A DNA stretch of 48,598 bases, from NCBI GenBank assembly GCA_040326155.1, contig JBEQLE010000023.1:1-48598 (forward strand), read 5' to 3'. Of this stretch, positions 10,410 to 21,000 are shown piece by piece (the stretch's first letter is position 1; every line of letters begins with the position of its first letter). The DNA comes from Leptospirales bacterium. GTDB lineage: Bacteria; Spirochaetota; Leptospiria; Turneriellales; JAOUFE01. The notes beneath the pieces are model-generated. The model was not told where the DNA came from. It did not search any database and saw only the letters and a program-made list of their open reading frames with translations. A program made the translations under genes and the position numbers.

Positions 10410-11972
10410 GTGATGAGTGTTGCTATAAAATTAAATGAACAGATCCATTCGAATAACCCAGTACCAGGAATATTCAAGCATATGAAATTACCACTTAAAA
10501 AAACTGGATTCGTAATAAAATTTCTCGATTACTTTGTTCCTGAACAATACTTGAGAGTTAAAAATTATGACAAGGTTCTGCGCCTACGCATTGCAGTAGC
10601 GTCCACTCTATTAATTATATTCATCTCTTTAGTTACAGCAAGTCTATTCATTATACATCCAGAAATTGGTGTACTTACCCTATTCTTGCTATTTATACCG
10701 TACAATGCGTTAACCCTTTATTTTATTCGAAAAAATATCGCCGTTAATTTTTCCAACTGGATGATATTAATTTCCTATACATTAATGAATGCTACAGTAA
10801 TGTATTTTAACGGTGGATTAATGGTGGAAGGAATTCCATGGATTCTTTTTATAGCGCTTCAAGGGACGTTTTTAGGCGGACCCCGTTTAGGGATAACGAT
10901 GAGCGTGTTAAACCTCTCCTATCTGATCACTTTTGCTTTCCTGGAACAAAGGGGTTACTCTTTTCCTCATTATTTATCGAATGAAGCTGCGAACCTCATG
11001 GCTGTATTAATGACGGCATTACTCACCAGCGCCGTAGTTCTTATTGCCTGGCTATTTAATCTTTCCCGCAATTACGCATGGGGTGAGCAAAAAAAAATAA
11101 ACAAAATCCTGTACAAAGAGATAAAGCTTCGCAAGTCCATTGAAAAAGTTCTAAACAATGCAAATAAAGAATTAGACGCACTGAATAAAAACCTGCAAAC
11201 TGAAATAAAAGATAGAATGGAGAAGTTACGACAAAATGAAACTTATCTTACACAACAGTCTAAAATGGCAGCCATGGGAGAAATGGTCGGTGCTATTGCT
11301 CATCAATGGCGGCAGCCTCTAACCTCGATTTCTTTGATTATTCAAGATCTAACAGAAGCCTATGATGGTAATGAGTTTGACGAACAATATCTAAATGATA
11401 GTGTAAAGAAGACAATGATATTGGTGAAACAGATGTCGAGTACCATCGACGATTTCCGAAATTTTTTAAAACCTTCCAATGATGAAATAAAATTTAACCT
11501 CTTTGACGCCCTGGAAGAAACCATTAAAATCAGCTTGTCTATGGTTCGCTCAAATCTAATTAAAATTAGTCTGCAAAAAATTGACCAGGTTGACAAGCCT
11601 GAGAATATGATTATTTCAGGATATTTAAACGAGTTTAAGCAGGTAATTCTCAATTTGATTATGAATTCCAAAGATTCTATTGAAGAGAGGCGTTTGCAGA
11701 ATCCCCTTTTACAAGGGATAATAAAAATTACATTGATTTCGAGCAACAATGCTGTTATTAAAATAAAAGATAACGGGGGAGGAATTCCGGATAAAATTAT
11801 AGATAAAATATTTCACCCATATTTTACCACTAAAACGATGGAGAAAGGAACCGGTATTGGACTGTATATGTCAAAAAATATTATTGAACAACGAATGAAA
11901 GGTTTAATATTTGCTTTCAATGAAGAAGATGGGGCAGTTATTACGATCGTACTCCCGACTACTTCTGCTTGA
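10410..11972 (+). CDS. Multi-TM sensor histidine kinase (NtrB/C4-dicarboxylate-like kinase core)
   Basis: About six hydrophobic segments and a coiled coil, then SKMAAMGEMVGAIAHQWRQPL, QVILNLIMNSKD, DNGGGI and GTGIGLYMSK. Confidence 0.93.
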   Translation: MMSVAIKLNEQIHSNNPVPGIFKHMKLPLKKTGFVIKFLDYFVPEQYLRVKNYDKVLRLRIAVASTLLIIFISLVTASLFIIHPEIGVLTLFLLFIPYNALTLYFIRKNIAVNFSNWMILISYTLMNATVMYFNGGLMVEGIPWILFIALQGTFLGGPRLGITMSVLNLSYLITFAFLEQRGYSFPHYLSNEAANLMAVLMTALLTSAVVLIAWLFNLSRNYAWGEQKKINKILYKEIKLRKSIEKVLNNANKELDALNKNLQTEIKDRMEKLRQNETYLTQQSKMAAMGEMVGAIAHQWRQPLTSISLIIQDLTEAYDGNEFDEQYLNDSVKKTMILVKQMSSTIDDFRNFLKPSNDEIKFNLFDALEETIKISLSMVRSNLIKISLQKIDQVDKPENMIISGYLNEFKQVILNLIMNSKDSIEERRLQNPLLQGIIKITLISSNNAVIKIKDNGGGIPDKIIDKIFHPYFTTKTMEKGTGIGLYMSKNIIEQRMKGLIFAFNEEDGAVITIVLPTTSA

Positions 11973-13911
11973 TTAACTCAAGGAGAGTTTCAACTATATT
12001 TTTTTTACTTACCGGTTTAATGATATATCTATTTACTCCGCTTTCCATAAATTTTTGAATTTCTTCATAAAACCCCTGGGTTGTAATGGCAACAATGGGT
12101 ACCCTGTTTCCACTTTCCCGTATTTTCAGAGTGGTTTCCATACCACTCATCTCTGGCATTTCGATACCCATAAAAACAGCGGTATATTTATTCTGGTTTA
12201 ACGCTTTTATAGCTTCTTTACCATTTTCAACGGATTCAAATGGAATTTTCAGGCTCTCCAATATTTTTTCACAGACAACTCTGCTCATTGCATCGTCTTC
12301 CACAATTAATACTTTTATTCCAATATTCTGAAAGGATTCAATATCACTTGGAGCAACAATTGTTATTGTATCACTTTTATGCTGCCTTACTTTTTCGTCT
12401 ACCGGATTATCCAGATATACGGTAAACCAAAACTCTGAGCCCGGTCCGCCATCAGGATGGGTCAAAGTTTGAGCGGGACTAAAAAAACCAATCTCACCGT
12501 TCATTAGAGTGACAAGACTTTTAGCAATGGACGTTCCCAATCCAATTTCATCATATTCCCGGCTAGCGGAAGAGTTTTCCATAGTGTTATTTTTAAAAAT
12601 CAATTTTTGTTTAGCCGTCTCAATTCCTCTGCCCGAATCAATAATATTGAATTTTATCAAGTTTCGAATAGAATCGGAATCTGGAACTTTCTGGACAATG
12701 ACAATAATATGTCCTTTTTCAGTAAATTTGAAAGCGTTGCCGATAAGATTAACCAAAATCTGCTGAAGCCGATAAGGATCGCCAGTAAAACAATCTTGAA
12801 TATCTTTACCAATTTCAATTTTATAAAAAATATGGTTTTCCCTGGCGCGTTTTTCATGAATATCTTCTAAAAAAGTGCAAATTTGCCTGAGGTTAAAGTT
12901 TGCTTTTTCAAGTATCAAATTTCCCGTTTCAATTTGGGTAACATCCAGAATATCGTTGATATGAAACATCAAATCTTTACTGGACTGCTTTATAAGATGA
13001 AGATGTTCCCGATTTATCCCCTTCGCAGAGGGTTCTTCGAGCAGGAGGTTTGTCAGACCAAGAATAGAACTCATAGGTGTGCGAATATCATGACTCATTG
13101 TTGCTAGAAATTCACTCTTTAGCCGATTATTTTTTTCAGATATATCTTTGCTTTTTATCAATTCAGCTTCCAGTTTAATATGATCACTAATATCTCGAAA
13201 TATTAATAGATAACCACCGGGTGAACTATTCACATTGTATACAAATGAAATAGATATATGAAATGTCATTTGATTGGGCGTTTGCAGTTTAATTTCGCCA
13301 ACCCAGCCATCGTCTTTAAGGTTTTGTATTTTATCGATTAAAACAGGATTGTGCGAAAATATTTCGTGAAAGGCAGTTCCAATAATTTTTGCACCATCAT
13401 ATTCAAACATTTTGCAAAAGCTCTGGTTGATAAATGTAATTATATTGTCCAAATTAACAATGATAATGCTATCATTACTTTGCATAATAGCCTGCATAAG
13501 CATGGTCATTTGATTTTCAAGAATCTTATTTGTACGATAGACCAATATAGCGGTGGCAATCGGTTTTAGGGATTCTTTTAAAATGGATACATCAATAGGT
13601 TTTGTGATAAACTTTTCAACATTTAAATTTATGGCCTTCATCAGATATTCCTGATCTGAATAGGCGGTTACTACAACGATGGGTACCGAAGGATTTATAT
13701 TTTTAATCTCCGATATCATTTCGAGGCCGTCCATTACGGGCATTCTAATATCAGTTATGACAATATCCGGTTTCCATGCTAGATATATTTCTATACCCAT
13801 TTTACCGTTTTCTGCCTCATATACGGTTTTAAACATTCGATTCAAAATTATTTTGAATTGGTCTCGAATTGTTTTTTCATCCTCTACAATAAGAATTTTT
13901 AAGTCAAACAT
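11959..13911 (-). CDS. Hybrid kinase REC-PAS-HisKA-HATPase-pseudoREC
   Basis: N-terminal REC (VEDE, TDIRMPVMDG, TKP), MSHDIRTP, NLIGNAFKFT, DSGRGI. The C-terminal REC has VFMGIEMP (Gly at the phospho-Asp position). Confidence 0.9.
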   Translation of the reverse strand: MFDLKILIVEDEKTIRDQFKIILNRMFKTVYEAENGKMGIEIYLAWKPDIVITDIRMPVMDGLEMISEIKNINPSVPIVVVTAYSDQEYLMKAINLNVEKFITKPIDVSILKESLKPIATAILVYRTNKILENQMTMLMQAIMQSNDSIIIVNLDNIITFINQSFCKMFEYDGAKIIGTAFHEIFSHNPVLIDKIQNLKDDGWVGEIKLQTPNQMTFHISISFVYNVNSSPGGYLLIFRDISDHIKLEAELIKSKDISEKNNRLKSEFLATMSHDIRTPMSSILGLTNLLLEEPSAKGINREHLHLIKQSSKDLMFHINDILDVTQIETGNLILEKANFNLRQICTFLEDIHEKRARENHIFYKIEIGKDIQDCFTGDPYRLQQILVNLIGNAFKFTEKGHIIVIVQKVPDSDSIRNLIKFNIIDSGRGIETAKQKLIFKNNTMENSSASREYDEIGLGTSIAKSLVTLMNGEIGFFSPAQTLTHPDGGPGSEFWFTVYLDNPVDEKVRQHKSDTITIVAPSDIESFQNIGIKVLIVEDDAMSRVVCEKILESLKIPFESVENGKEAIKALNQNKYTAVFMGIEMPEMSGMETTLKIRESGNRVPIVAITTQGFYEEIQKFMESGVNRYIIKPVSKKNIVETLLELIKQK

Positions 13912-14251
13912 TTTTTATATAGTAAATCTTTATCCATACCAGTCTACCATTGTCGCTTTTTAGAGCGCTACAGAAAACCCCGAGTGCAGTTAGAATAAAA
14001 TAATACAACCCCTTTTGTTTTCTAAAATGTAACAATTTATGGACAAAATAGCATCAAAAAGTGACACTTTTGTAATAAATTTCTTCATATTTGTTTATAT
14101 TAAAGACTAATAAATCCTTGACCGCATCAAGAGTAATTGTGTATACAATTTAGTTGGTATTTATAGAACCTAAATAGATCGATTATTTTCTGATTATATA
14201 AAAGATAATGGTTGAACGAAAGAAATTAGAGTAAAAATTTTATATTAAAGA

Positions 14252-15382
14252 GTGTTTATGACATTATGCATATTAGTTGTTGACGATGAACCCAATATTG
14301 AACCGTTATTTTTGCAAACCTTTCGTACAGAACTCAAAGAAAATAAATACGAATTTATTTTTGCTTCAAATGGTATTAAAGCATTGGAAATTCTCGAAGA
14401 AAATTCCGATATTTGTCTTGTTTTAACCGACATTAACATGCCAGGTATGGACGGTATAACGTTACTGAGAAAAATAAATAACTTGAACGACGATATAAGA
14501 GACCAAGGCATTCGAAAAGTCATCATCTTTTCAGCTTACGACGATATGGCAAATATTCGAGCGGCCATGAATGCACGTGCTTTTGATTTTTTAACAAAAC
14601 CAATCGACTTGCAAGATCTTAAAATTACAGTTATAAAAGCGCTGGATGAGATTGAAAGAGTCAACAAACATATTCTTGAAAAAAAACAATTTCAAATGGA
14701 AGTAGAATCCCTCTCGAGATATTTTTCGAATGATATAGTAAATAAAATATTAACGGAAGATTTCCATGAGAAAATGATCGGTGGCAATGAAGTGGCCACA
14801 ATTTTATTTCTCGATATCCGGGGGTTTACCTCTATTAGCGAATCGCTCAAACCAGATATGGTCGCAGATTTATTAAATAAAATATATCCCGATTTTATGG
14901 AACTAATTTTAAGCCACGGAGGTTCCATAAATAAACTAATTGGCGATGCGATGGTGGCCACTTTTGGGCTCCCCCTGGGATCACCCGACGACACATATAA
15001 CGCAGTTAAAACCGCCATGGAAATTATTCGATGGGTTGAAATGTTCACCAAAGTAAAACCAGATTACCTTGGCGAACACGAAATAAAAATCGGTATAGGT
15101 ATAACTACCGGGGAAGTTTTTGCCGGCAACATAGGCTCTTTTCGTCGCCTTGAATATACTGTTATCGGTGACATTGTAAATATAGCCAGTCGCCTGCAAA
15201 ACCTAACCAAAAAAGTCGGTGTCGATATATTAATTGACGGCGAAACGAAAAAAAGACTGGGCAATTTAGTGAAGGCGCGTCAAGTACGCGTTAAATCTAT
15301 TCGTGGAAAAAAGGAACGGGTAGAAATCTTTACAGTGGATGAACTAAAAAGGAAAGAAAGCGACGAGGTGGATTACTTTTAA
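14252..15382 (+). CDS. REC + class III adenylate cyclase
   Basis: FLDIRGFT, NKLIGDAM and EYTVIGDIVNIASRL retain the metal-binding Asp pair, the ATP-specifying Lys/Thr and the Asn/Arg. Confidence 0.93.
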   Translation: MFMTLCILVVDDEPNIEPLFLQTFRTELKENKYEFIFASNGIKALEILEENSDICLVLTDINMPGMDGITLLRKINNLNDDIRDQGIRKVIIFSAYDDMANIRAAMNARAFDFLTKPIDLQDLKITVIKALDEIERVNKHILEKKQFQMEVESLSRYFSNDIVNKILTEDFHEKMIGGNEVATILFLDIRGFTSISESLKPDMVADLLNKIYPDFMELILSHGGSINKLIGDAMVATFGLPLGSPDDTYNAVKTAMEIIRWVEMFTKVKPDYLGEHEIKIGIGITTGEVFAGNIGSFRRLEYTVIGDIVNIASRLQNLTKKVGVDILIDGETKKRLGNLVKARQVRVKSIRGKKERVEIFTVDELKRKESDEVDYF

Positions 15383-15442
15383 TATACCATATCCGCTTTA
15401 AAGTTAAGTGTTAGGCAGATATATGAAATGAACGACCAGAGG

Positions 15443-16198
15443 TTATTTTAGGTTATTTTTCTTTTCCAAAATATCGTTTGCACGATCAGCAAGGTCGATG
15501 TTTATGTATAGATCAATTAACATGTCATAGATCACCTTATCTTCTGGAAATTCTTTAATCAATTCAATATAAATAACCTCAGCTGATTTATATTGTCCGT
15601 ACTCTTCGAACAATACGGCTTTCATCAATCGGCTGGTTTTTGGTGATAACTCTTCGGACTCTATTTCCTTCGTTGATATTTGCAGCGCCTTTTTATCCGA
15701 ATCTGCAAGCTCTTCGTCGGAAGGCGGAGGTTGCTTAGCGCCCGGTTTGCCCCGTAAAGCTCCGACGCGTCCTGTAGTGTTACTTGTATATTCCGCATCA
15801 TCAAACTTGCTTTTAAGCTTTCTCCAGTATTTACCCACCAGGCTTTCTTTCGAATTTTCATTTTTATCTTTAATACGGACCTGGCTGTTTGAAAATATAT
15901 CGAGTCGATTACCATTGGATAATAAAATCACTACTCTGCCGTTTGAGCCCGTTTTGATAGTGTCCCCAGGATAAACTGACTGGCCTGTTTTTACGGGCAC
16001 TTCTCTGGATGATTTTGCTGATTTAATTGTTACGTCTCCCCGATGCTCGATGATCACGGCTTCCTTGTTTGTGTTATCTGCTTTTTTTGCGGCAAACAAC
16101 GCAGATGCCCCCCCGAAATTAAAAATGAAAATAAAAGCGAACAGAACATATGAAATATTATCCGGTTTATTTAATTTAACAAAACAAAATGTTTTCAT
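15443..16198 (-). CDS. Exported/membrane-anchored FecR-like beta domain + C-terminal TPR-like helices
   Basis: N-terminal hydrophobic stretch, then G.V.I...VKTGQSVYPGDTIKTGSNGRVVILLSNG..L.I.SNS (FecR pattern), VGALRG and a helical tail. Confidence 0.75.
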   Translation of the reverse strand: MKTFCFVKLNKPDNISYVLFAFIFIFNFGGASALFAAKKADNTNKEAVIIEHRGDVTIKSAKSSREVPVKTGQSVYPGDTIKTGSNGRVVILLSNGNRLDIFSNSQVRIKDKNENSKESLVGKYWRKLKSKFDDAEYTSNTTGRVGALRGKPGAKQPPPSDEELADSDKKALQISTKEIESEELSPKTSRLMKAVLFEEYGQYKSAEVIYIELIKEFPEDKVIYDMLIDLYINIDLADRANDILEKKNNLK

Positions 16199-18099
16199 AA
16201 TGACTCTCCTTTACTTTCTTCTTTAGATTCATCCTTGTACCCAATAACGGAATGGACGGTAATCTTGTTCGTCTTTCCTTTTACAAATACGGGTTCATGG
16301 GTTTTTACATCGATCAAATCTTTGGTGTCTCGATATATTTCTTCGCTGATTAAAAAATCCGTTTTCAAATCACGCGTGAGTCCTTCGATTCTCGAACTAA
16401 CATTGACGGCGTCCCCGATAATCGTATATTCCATTTGCTTAACGGATCCAATATTGCCCACAAGAGCCTCGCCTTTATGCAGCCCCATACCAATTTTAAT
16501 GGCAGGCAAATTTTCGGACGCTCTTTTTTCATTGAGCTCTTGAAGTTTTTTTCGCATTTCCAGACATGCCCGAACGGCTTTTTCGGAACAATCTTCCATT
16601 TCGACAGGTGCCCCATAAAAAGCCATGATCGCGTCTCCAATATACTTATTAAAGGTACCATGGTATTTAAAAATTACATCCGTCATTTCCGTAAAGTATA
16701 CATTTAGCATTTCAACAACCTCGGCTGGTTGAAGCTTTTCTGACAATGCCGTAAAACCACAGATATCGGAAAAGAAAATCACGACTTCCCGGGTTTGACC
16801 GCCAAGGCTGAGGTCCGAGCCACTTTTCAATATTTTATCGACCACTTCCGGAGCCACATAACGCGAGAACATAGAGCGCATCTGACGCTTTTCTTTGTCC
16901 ACCACACCGAAGTTAAAAACCATGGCCCCTACCCAGCTGAACATAATCGCCAAAGACGGATCGACCATAGCTAAAATAAAATTCCACTTGAGATACAACA
17001 AGATCACGATCAAGTTATAACCGAATACGCCGGTCAGCATCGTGATGATTCCGGCAGTCGGCCTTAAATGGCTTAAGGCAAAGGATGCAGTTATGATGAT
17101 GAATATCAGCAGGACGAAGTTGAACCATGAGGGACTTGAGGTTAAGAAATTCTGCGTATAAATGGTGTTGATTATATTAGCATGAACTTCAATACCATAC
17201 AGGCCGTAAGAATTTTCAAGAGGCGTTAATAATTGATCATGAGACTCTTTAAAAAAAGCCCCAATAAGAATAATCCTGTCTTTATAAATCGCCGGATCAA
17301 GAGGTTTTTCAAGCAAACGATAAAAAGAAACTGTTTCAAAAGATCCCGGTGGGGCATATTGAATCGCCATTGGCTTAGAACGCGTTAGTGGAATTTTGAA
17401 AGAACTGTTTTCAAAACCTGATGAAGATTTTACAAAATCACTCTGTGAATACGCTGACAAAACAGCGACACTAAATGCTTGTTCAGGTCTACCCGACCCG
17501 GTATTCAAAGAAAAATTAAAGGGGTATACCCTGCGCACATAACCATCCTGGTCAATGGGCAGGTTGACATACCCTGTGGAATCCGCATGTCTGCGAAACA
17601 TATCAAGCGGCATGTCGATATAGTCCATAGTATATTCTTCAGTTTCGCGAACTTCAATTTTTGATGGCAGCACGATGCTTGCGGATTTTCCTGAATTTCT
17701 TAAACCTAAAAAAGCATCTCTTAACGCAATGTCTTCTCTTTTATTATATCCCGCATCGCCCAACATGATATCAAGCGCAATGACTTTTGCCCCCGCCGCA
17801 TTTAGATTATGAATTGCTTCGGCAAATATTTGTCTCGGCCAGGGCCAGCGAATATTGATAGCTTCAAAAGATGGGTCATCAATAGCGGCGATTAAAATCG
17901 GAGCCTCCGCCTTCACTGCGTCTGACCCACTTGACAATGAAGCTCTGAGATCTTGTGTCTTCAATTCCAGAATATTAGAAAAAGGGAAAACCATGGTAAT
18001 GATAAAAACTGACACCGCGATTACCCCCGATGCCTTTAGCCATGCTTTTCTTTTACTATTTAATTTATTATTATATTTATTTTTCTGCTTATCTTTCAA
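16195..18099 (-). CDS. CHASE2-domain membrane adenylate cyclase (start re-called to TTG 18099; ORF track gives 18156)
   Basis: IAAIDD, RWPWPR, GAKVIALDI, DQDGYVRR and YGIEVHANII (CHASE2), three TMs, then FSDICGFT, NKYIGDAIM, EYTIIGDAVNVSSRIE. GGAGG lies 5 nt before an in-frame TTG at 18099. Confidence 0.92.
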   Translation of the reverse strand: MKDKQKNKYNNKLNSKRKAWLKASGVIAVSVFIITMVFPFSNILELKTQDLRASLSSGSDAVKAEAPILIAAIDDPSFEAINIRWPWPRQIFAEAIHNLNAAGAKVIALDIMLGDAGYNKREDIALRDAFLGLRNSGKSASIVLPSKIEVRETEEYTMDYIDMPLDMFRRHADSTGYVNLPIDQDGYVRRVYPFNFSLNTGSGRPEQAFSVAVLSAYSQSDFVKSSSGFENSSFKIPLTRSKPMAIQYAPPGSFETVSFYRLLEKPLDPAIYKDRIILIGAFFKESHDQLLTPLENSYGLYGIEVHANIINTIYTQNFLTSSPSWFNFVLLIFIIITASFALSHLRPTAGIITMLTGVFGYNLIVILLYLKWNFILAMVDPSLAIMFSWVGAMVFNFGVVDKEKRQMRSMFSRYVAPEVVDKILKSGSDLSLGGQTREVVIFFSDICGFTALSEKLQPAEVVEMLNVYFTEMTDVIFKYHGTFNKYIGDAIMAFYGAPVEMEDCSEKAVRACLEMRKKLQELNEKRASENLPAIKIGMGLHKGEALVGNIGSVKQMEYTIIGDAVNVSSRIEGLTRDLKTDFLISEEIYRDTKDLIDVKTHEPVFVKGKTNKITVHSVIGYKDESKEESKGESL

Positions 18100-21000
18100 T
18101 TTGTCCTCCGTAAAAAACAAAGGGCGCCCAGTAAAAAGGGTGGTTAAGGGCTTCATCTTTAATAAATTTTCGTTTCATTTTAGAGATGGCTTGAGAATAA
18201 CTTAAATTCTCATTCCAAACCAGATTATACAAACCCGACATAAATTTCATGGTCGAATTATCGGACACTTGCCAGAGTGATACCGAGAGAGAGTTTGCTC
18301 CGGCGATCAGAAAAGCCTGGGTGAGTCCGACCACACCCTCGCCTTCATATACTTTTCCGAGGCCCGTATTACAGGCAGAGAGGTTCACAAAATCCGCTTT
18401 GATCTTCAATTTAGACACTTCTTTCATGGTAAGATAACCGTCATTATTTTTTTTGGATTGTTGGTTCAATGAAAGAACAATGGCCGACAATTCAGGAACT
18501 TCCGGAATTACAATACCATGGGTAGCAAAATGTATAACTTTATATTGAGCCAGCTGACCGTCATCTGATAATTTTTTCACATTGGTTTCAGAAGCATCCT
18601 CTCCGGTAATGATCCTTGTGTCGGGTATAATTTTAGAAATTTGCCGAAGCTCCGCTAACGTACCGGGTAAATCACTCCAAATATCATAGCCCAAATAAGA
18701 ATAGAGGGCACGCGTATTACCTCCAGTATTTGTCAAATGTTCAGCCATCTGACGGATACCGTCCATATTTCCGGTGTTATCGATCTTCGTTTGTTCATTT
18801 TCTTCGACCGGTTCTGTTTGATAAACCGGCGCTCCGAAAGCGATCAAGGTTTTTCTTTTTACTCCATTTTCAGCATCATATTGTCGTTGCTGAATTTGTT
18901 GCATCACGGTTATGGATTGTGCATAATTAATGTCATATTTCTCTACCAGATATTTTCCCTCCTTATCACGCAGTGTTTCAAAGGGAATCGTCCCTAAAAT
19001 TCCATCCGGTATAATACGAATGGACTGAACATTTTCAAGAGCGCCCCCGAATGGCTCAATCCATAGACTATATAAATAAGATGATATTTCATCAAATGCC
19101 TGACGATCAGATCGAGAACGAACCGGCGTAGACAATAAATAACGGTAATAATAAATCATGGTTTCAAAAGGGTCAGCTTGCACGGTCTTTAAGCGGCGTT
19201 TAATCTGACGTGCGTATTTCTCATGAAATTCATTGAGAAAATCCTTATCCGTATAACTAACCGTACTGCGAATTGTTTTCCGGTCTATAAGAATCAAGTG
19301 AAAGACTCCCGGACCCAAAGTCACGACAGAGAGCAAACGATCGGATTTTTTAAGTGTCTTTTGAAACCTGCGAAAAGTATTCGCATCGGGCACAACATTA
19401 GTATCTCCCATTTGTTCCAATAAGTATTTCGCCCTGGAAAGTTCGAGTGCATAAAGGCTTTTCCATAGCTGCCCTTTTTCGAAATAACTAAGCGCCAGGT
19501 CACGATAAACACTTATCTGGTTTGCGAGGTATTCTCTTCTAACGGTGCCCTTTGCCGTTAGTCGTAACTCTTCATGAATTTCAACTGCCTGTGTAAAATA
19601 TTGAATTGCCTTATCATAGTTTTTTAAAAAATAACTTGAATGCCCCAAATTCGATAAAGCAATCGCCTGCCCTTGTTTATCCCCCAGCGATTTCCAGTAT
19701 TGCAATCCGTCCTTGAAATATGTCAGGGCTTTCTTGTGGTTCCCTTGAGTCTGATGTATTAAAGCAATGTTGTTTCGACGTATTGTAATACCGCGCAAGT
19801 TATGAATTTTTGTATCGAGTTTGAGAGCTGCAATGTATAGCTCCAAAGCCTCTTGAAGTTGACCGGATTCCCGATTGGCTTCACCCAGATTGCTTAAAAG
19901 CAAAGCCCTGGTTTTGATGTCTTCGGAACCTGGATCGGAATCTTTATTTTTTGCAATGATATCCAAAAGCTCCAGTGCCTTTGTATAATAGACAATGGAG
20001 TCTTCCGGCTTTCCGGTTTGACGGATTGCCTGGCCCATGTTGTTATAAACCGAGACCAGACTGTCCCGGTAATTATGTTTTTGAAAAATCTTTTCAGCCA
20101 GATTATAATATTCGAGAGATTTTGCATACCATCCCCAGGCCCGGTAAACTTCACCCATACTATTTAAGATATTACCCTCGACCAGTGCATGGTTATTTTT
20201 TTGAGCAATATATTTAGCACGTAAATAAATATCCAGAGCCGTATCAAAACGCGAGAGTCTGGCATTAGCTTGAGCCATATTATGAAGTTGTATGGCCTGG
20301 TTTTCCGTTAAATTTTCTTTTTTAGAAATTAAAAACGCTTTTTCATAATATTCAATCGCTTGCTCATATCGCTCTAAAGAGTATTGTTTGATGCCGATGT
20401 TGTTATATAAATTAGAAAGTTCCTTTTGTTTATCAGGTTTAGAATATAATGGAATCATTTTTTCCATAAGAGAGATGAGTTTTTCAGTATTAAATTCATT
20501 TTGGAAAATATCCGTTAAAAACGAAAAGGAGTCTTCCGCGTTGGATAAATTTCCTTTTTCAATACTCATTTTCAGACTCTCTTCTATGGCCAATGTTGCT
20601 TGTTTTGTTTTACCTGCTGCCTCATAAGCAACACCGGAGTTCAGCAGAACGACAGCGATCTCTTCAAAATAATTTTGGTTCTTATCCGGGTATGGATTTC
20701 GATATAAAAACAAAGATTCCTCAAAAGCTTCGATGGCTTCTTCGTAATTTTTTAAATAATAGTGACGCAGTCCGATTTGGTTTAATATTTCAGCTGATTT
20801 CAATGACTTATCATCATAATAGTATAATAGTTCCTCATAGGCTTCGAGGCTTTTTTGATGCAGGCCGGCTTCACGATATATCCAGGAAAGGCTATCGAAG
20901 TTTGCGATGATATAAGATTCCAGATTCAGGTCTTGATTAATTTTCAGTGACATCTCATAATACATGGCGCCTTTTTCAAAATCTTTGGCAGTTGCGTAGT

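Noticed and set aside
18100..18156. ORF-track start (ATG 18156) of the CHASE2 cyclase
   Set aside because: It implies a 68-nt overlap with the conserved CHAT C-terminus. The SD-preceded TTG at 18099 is more plausible.
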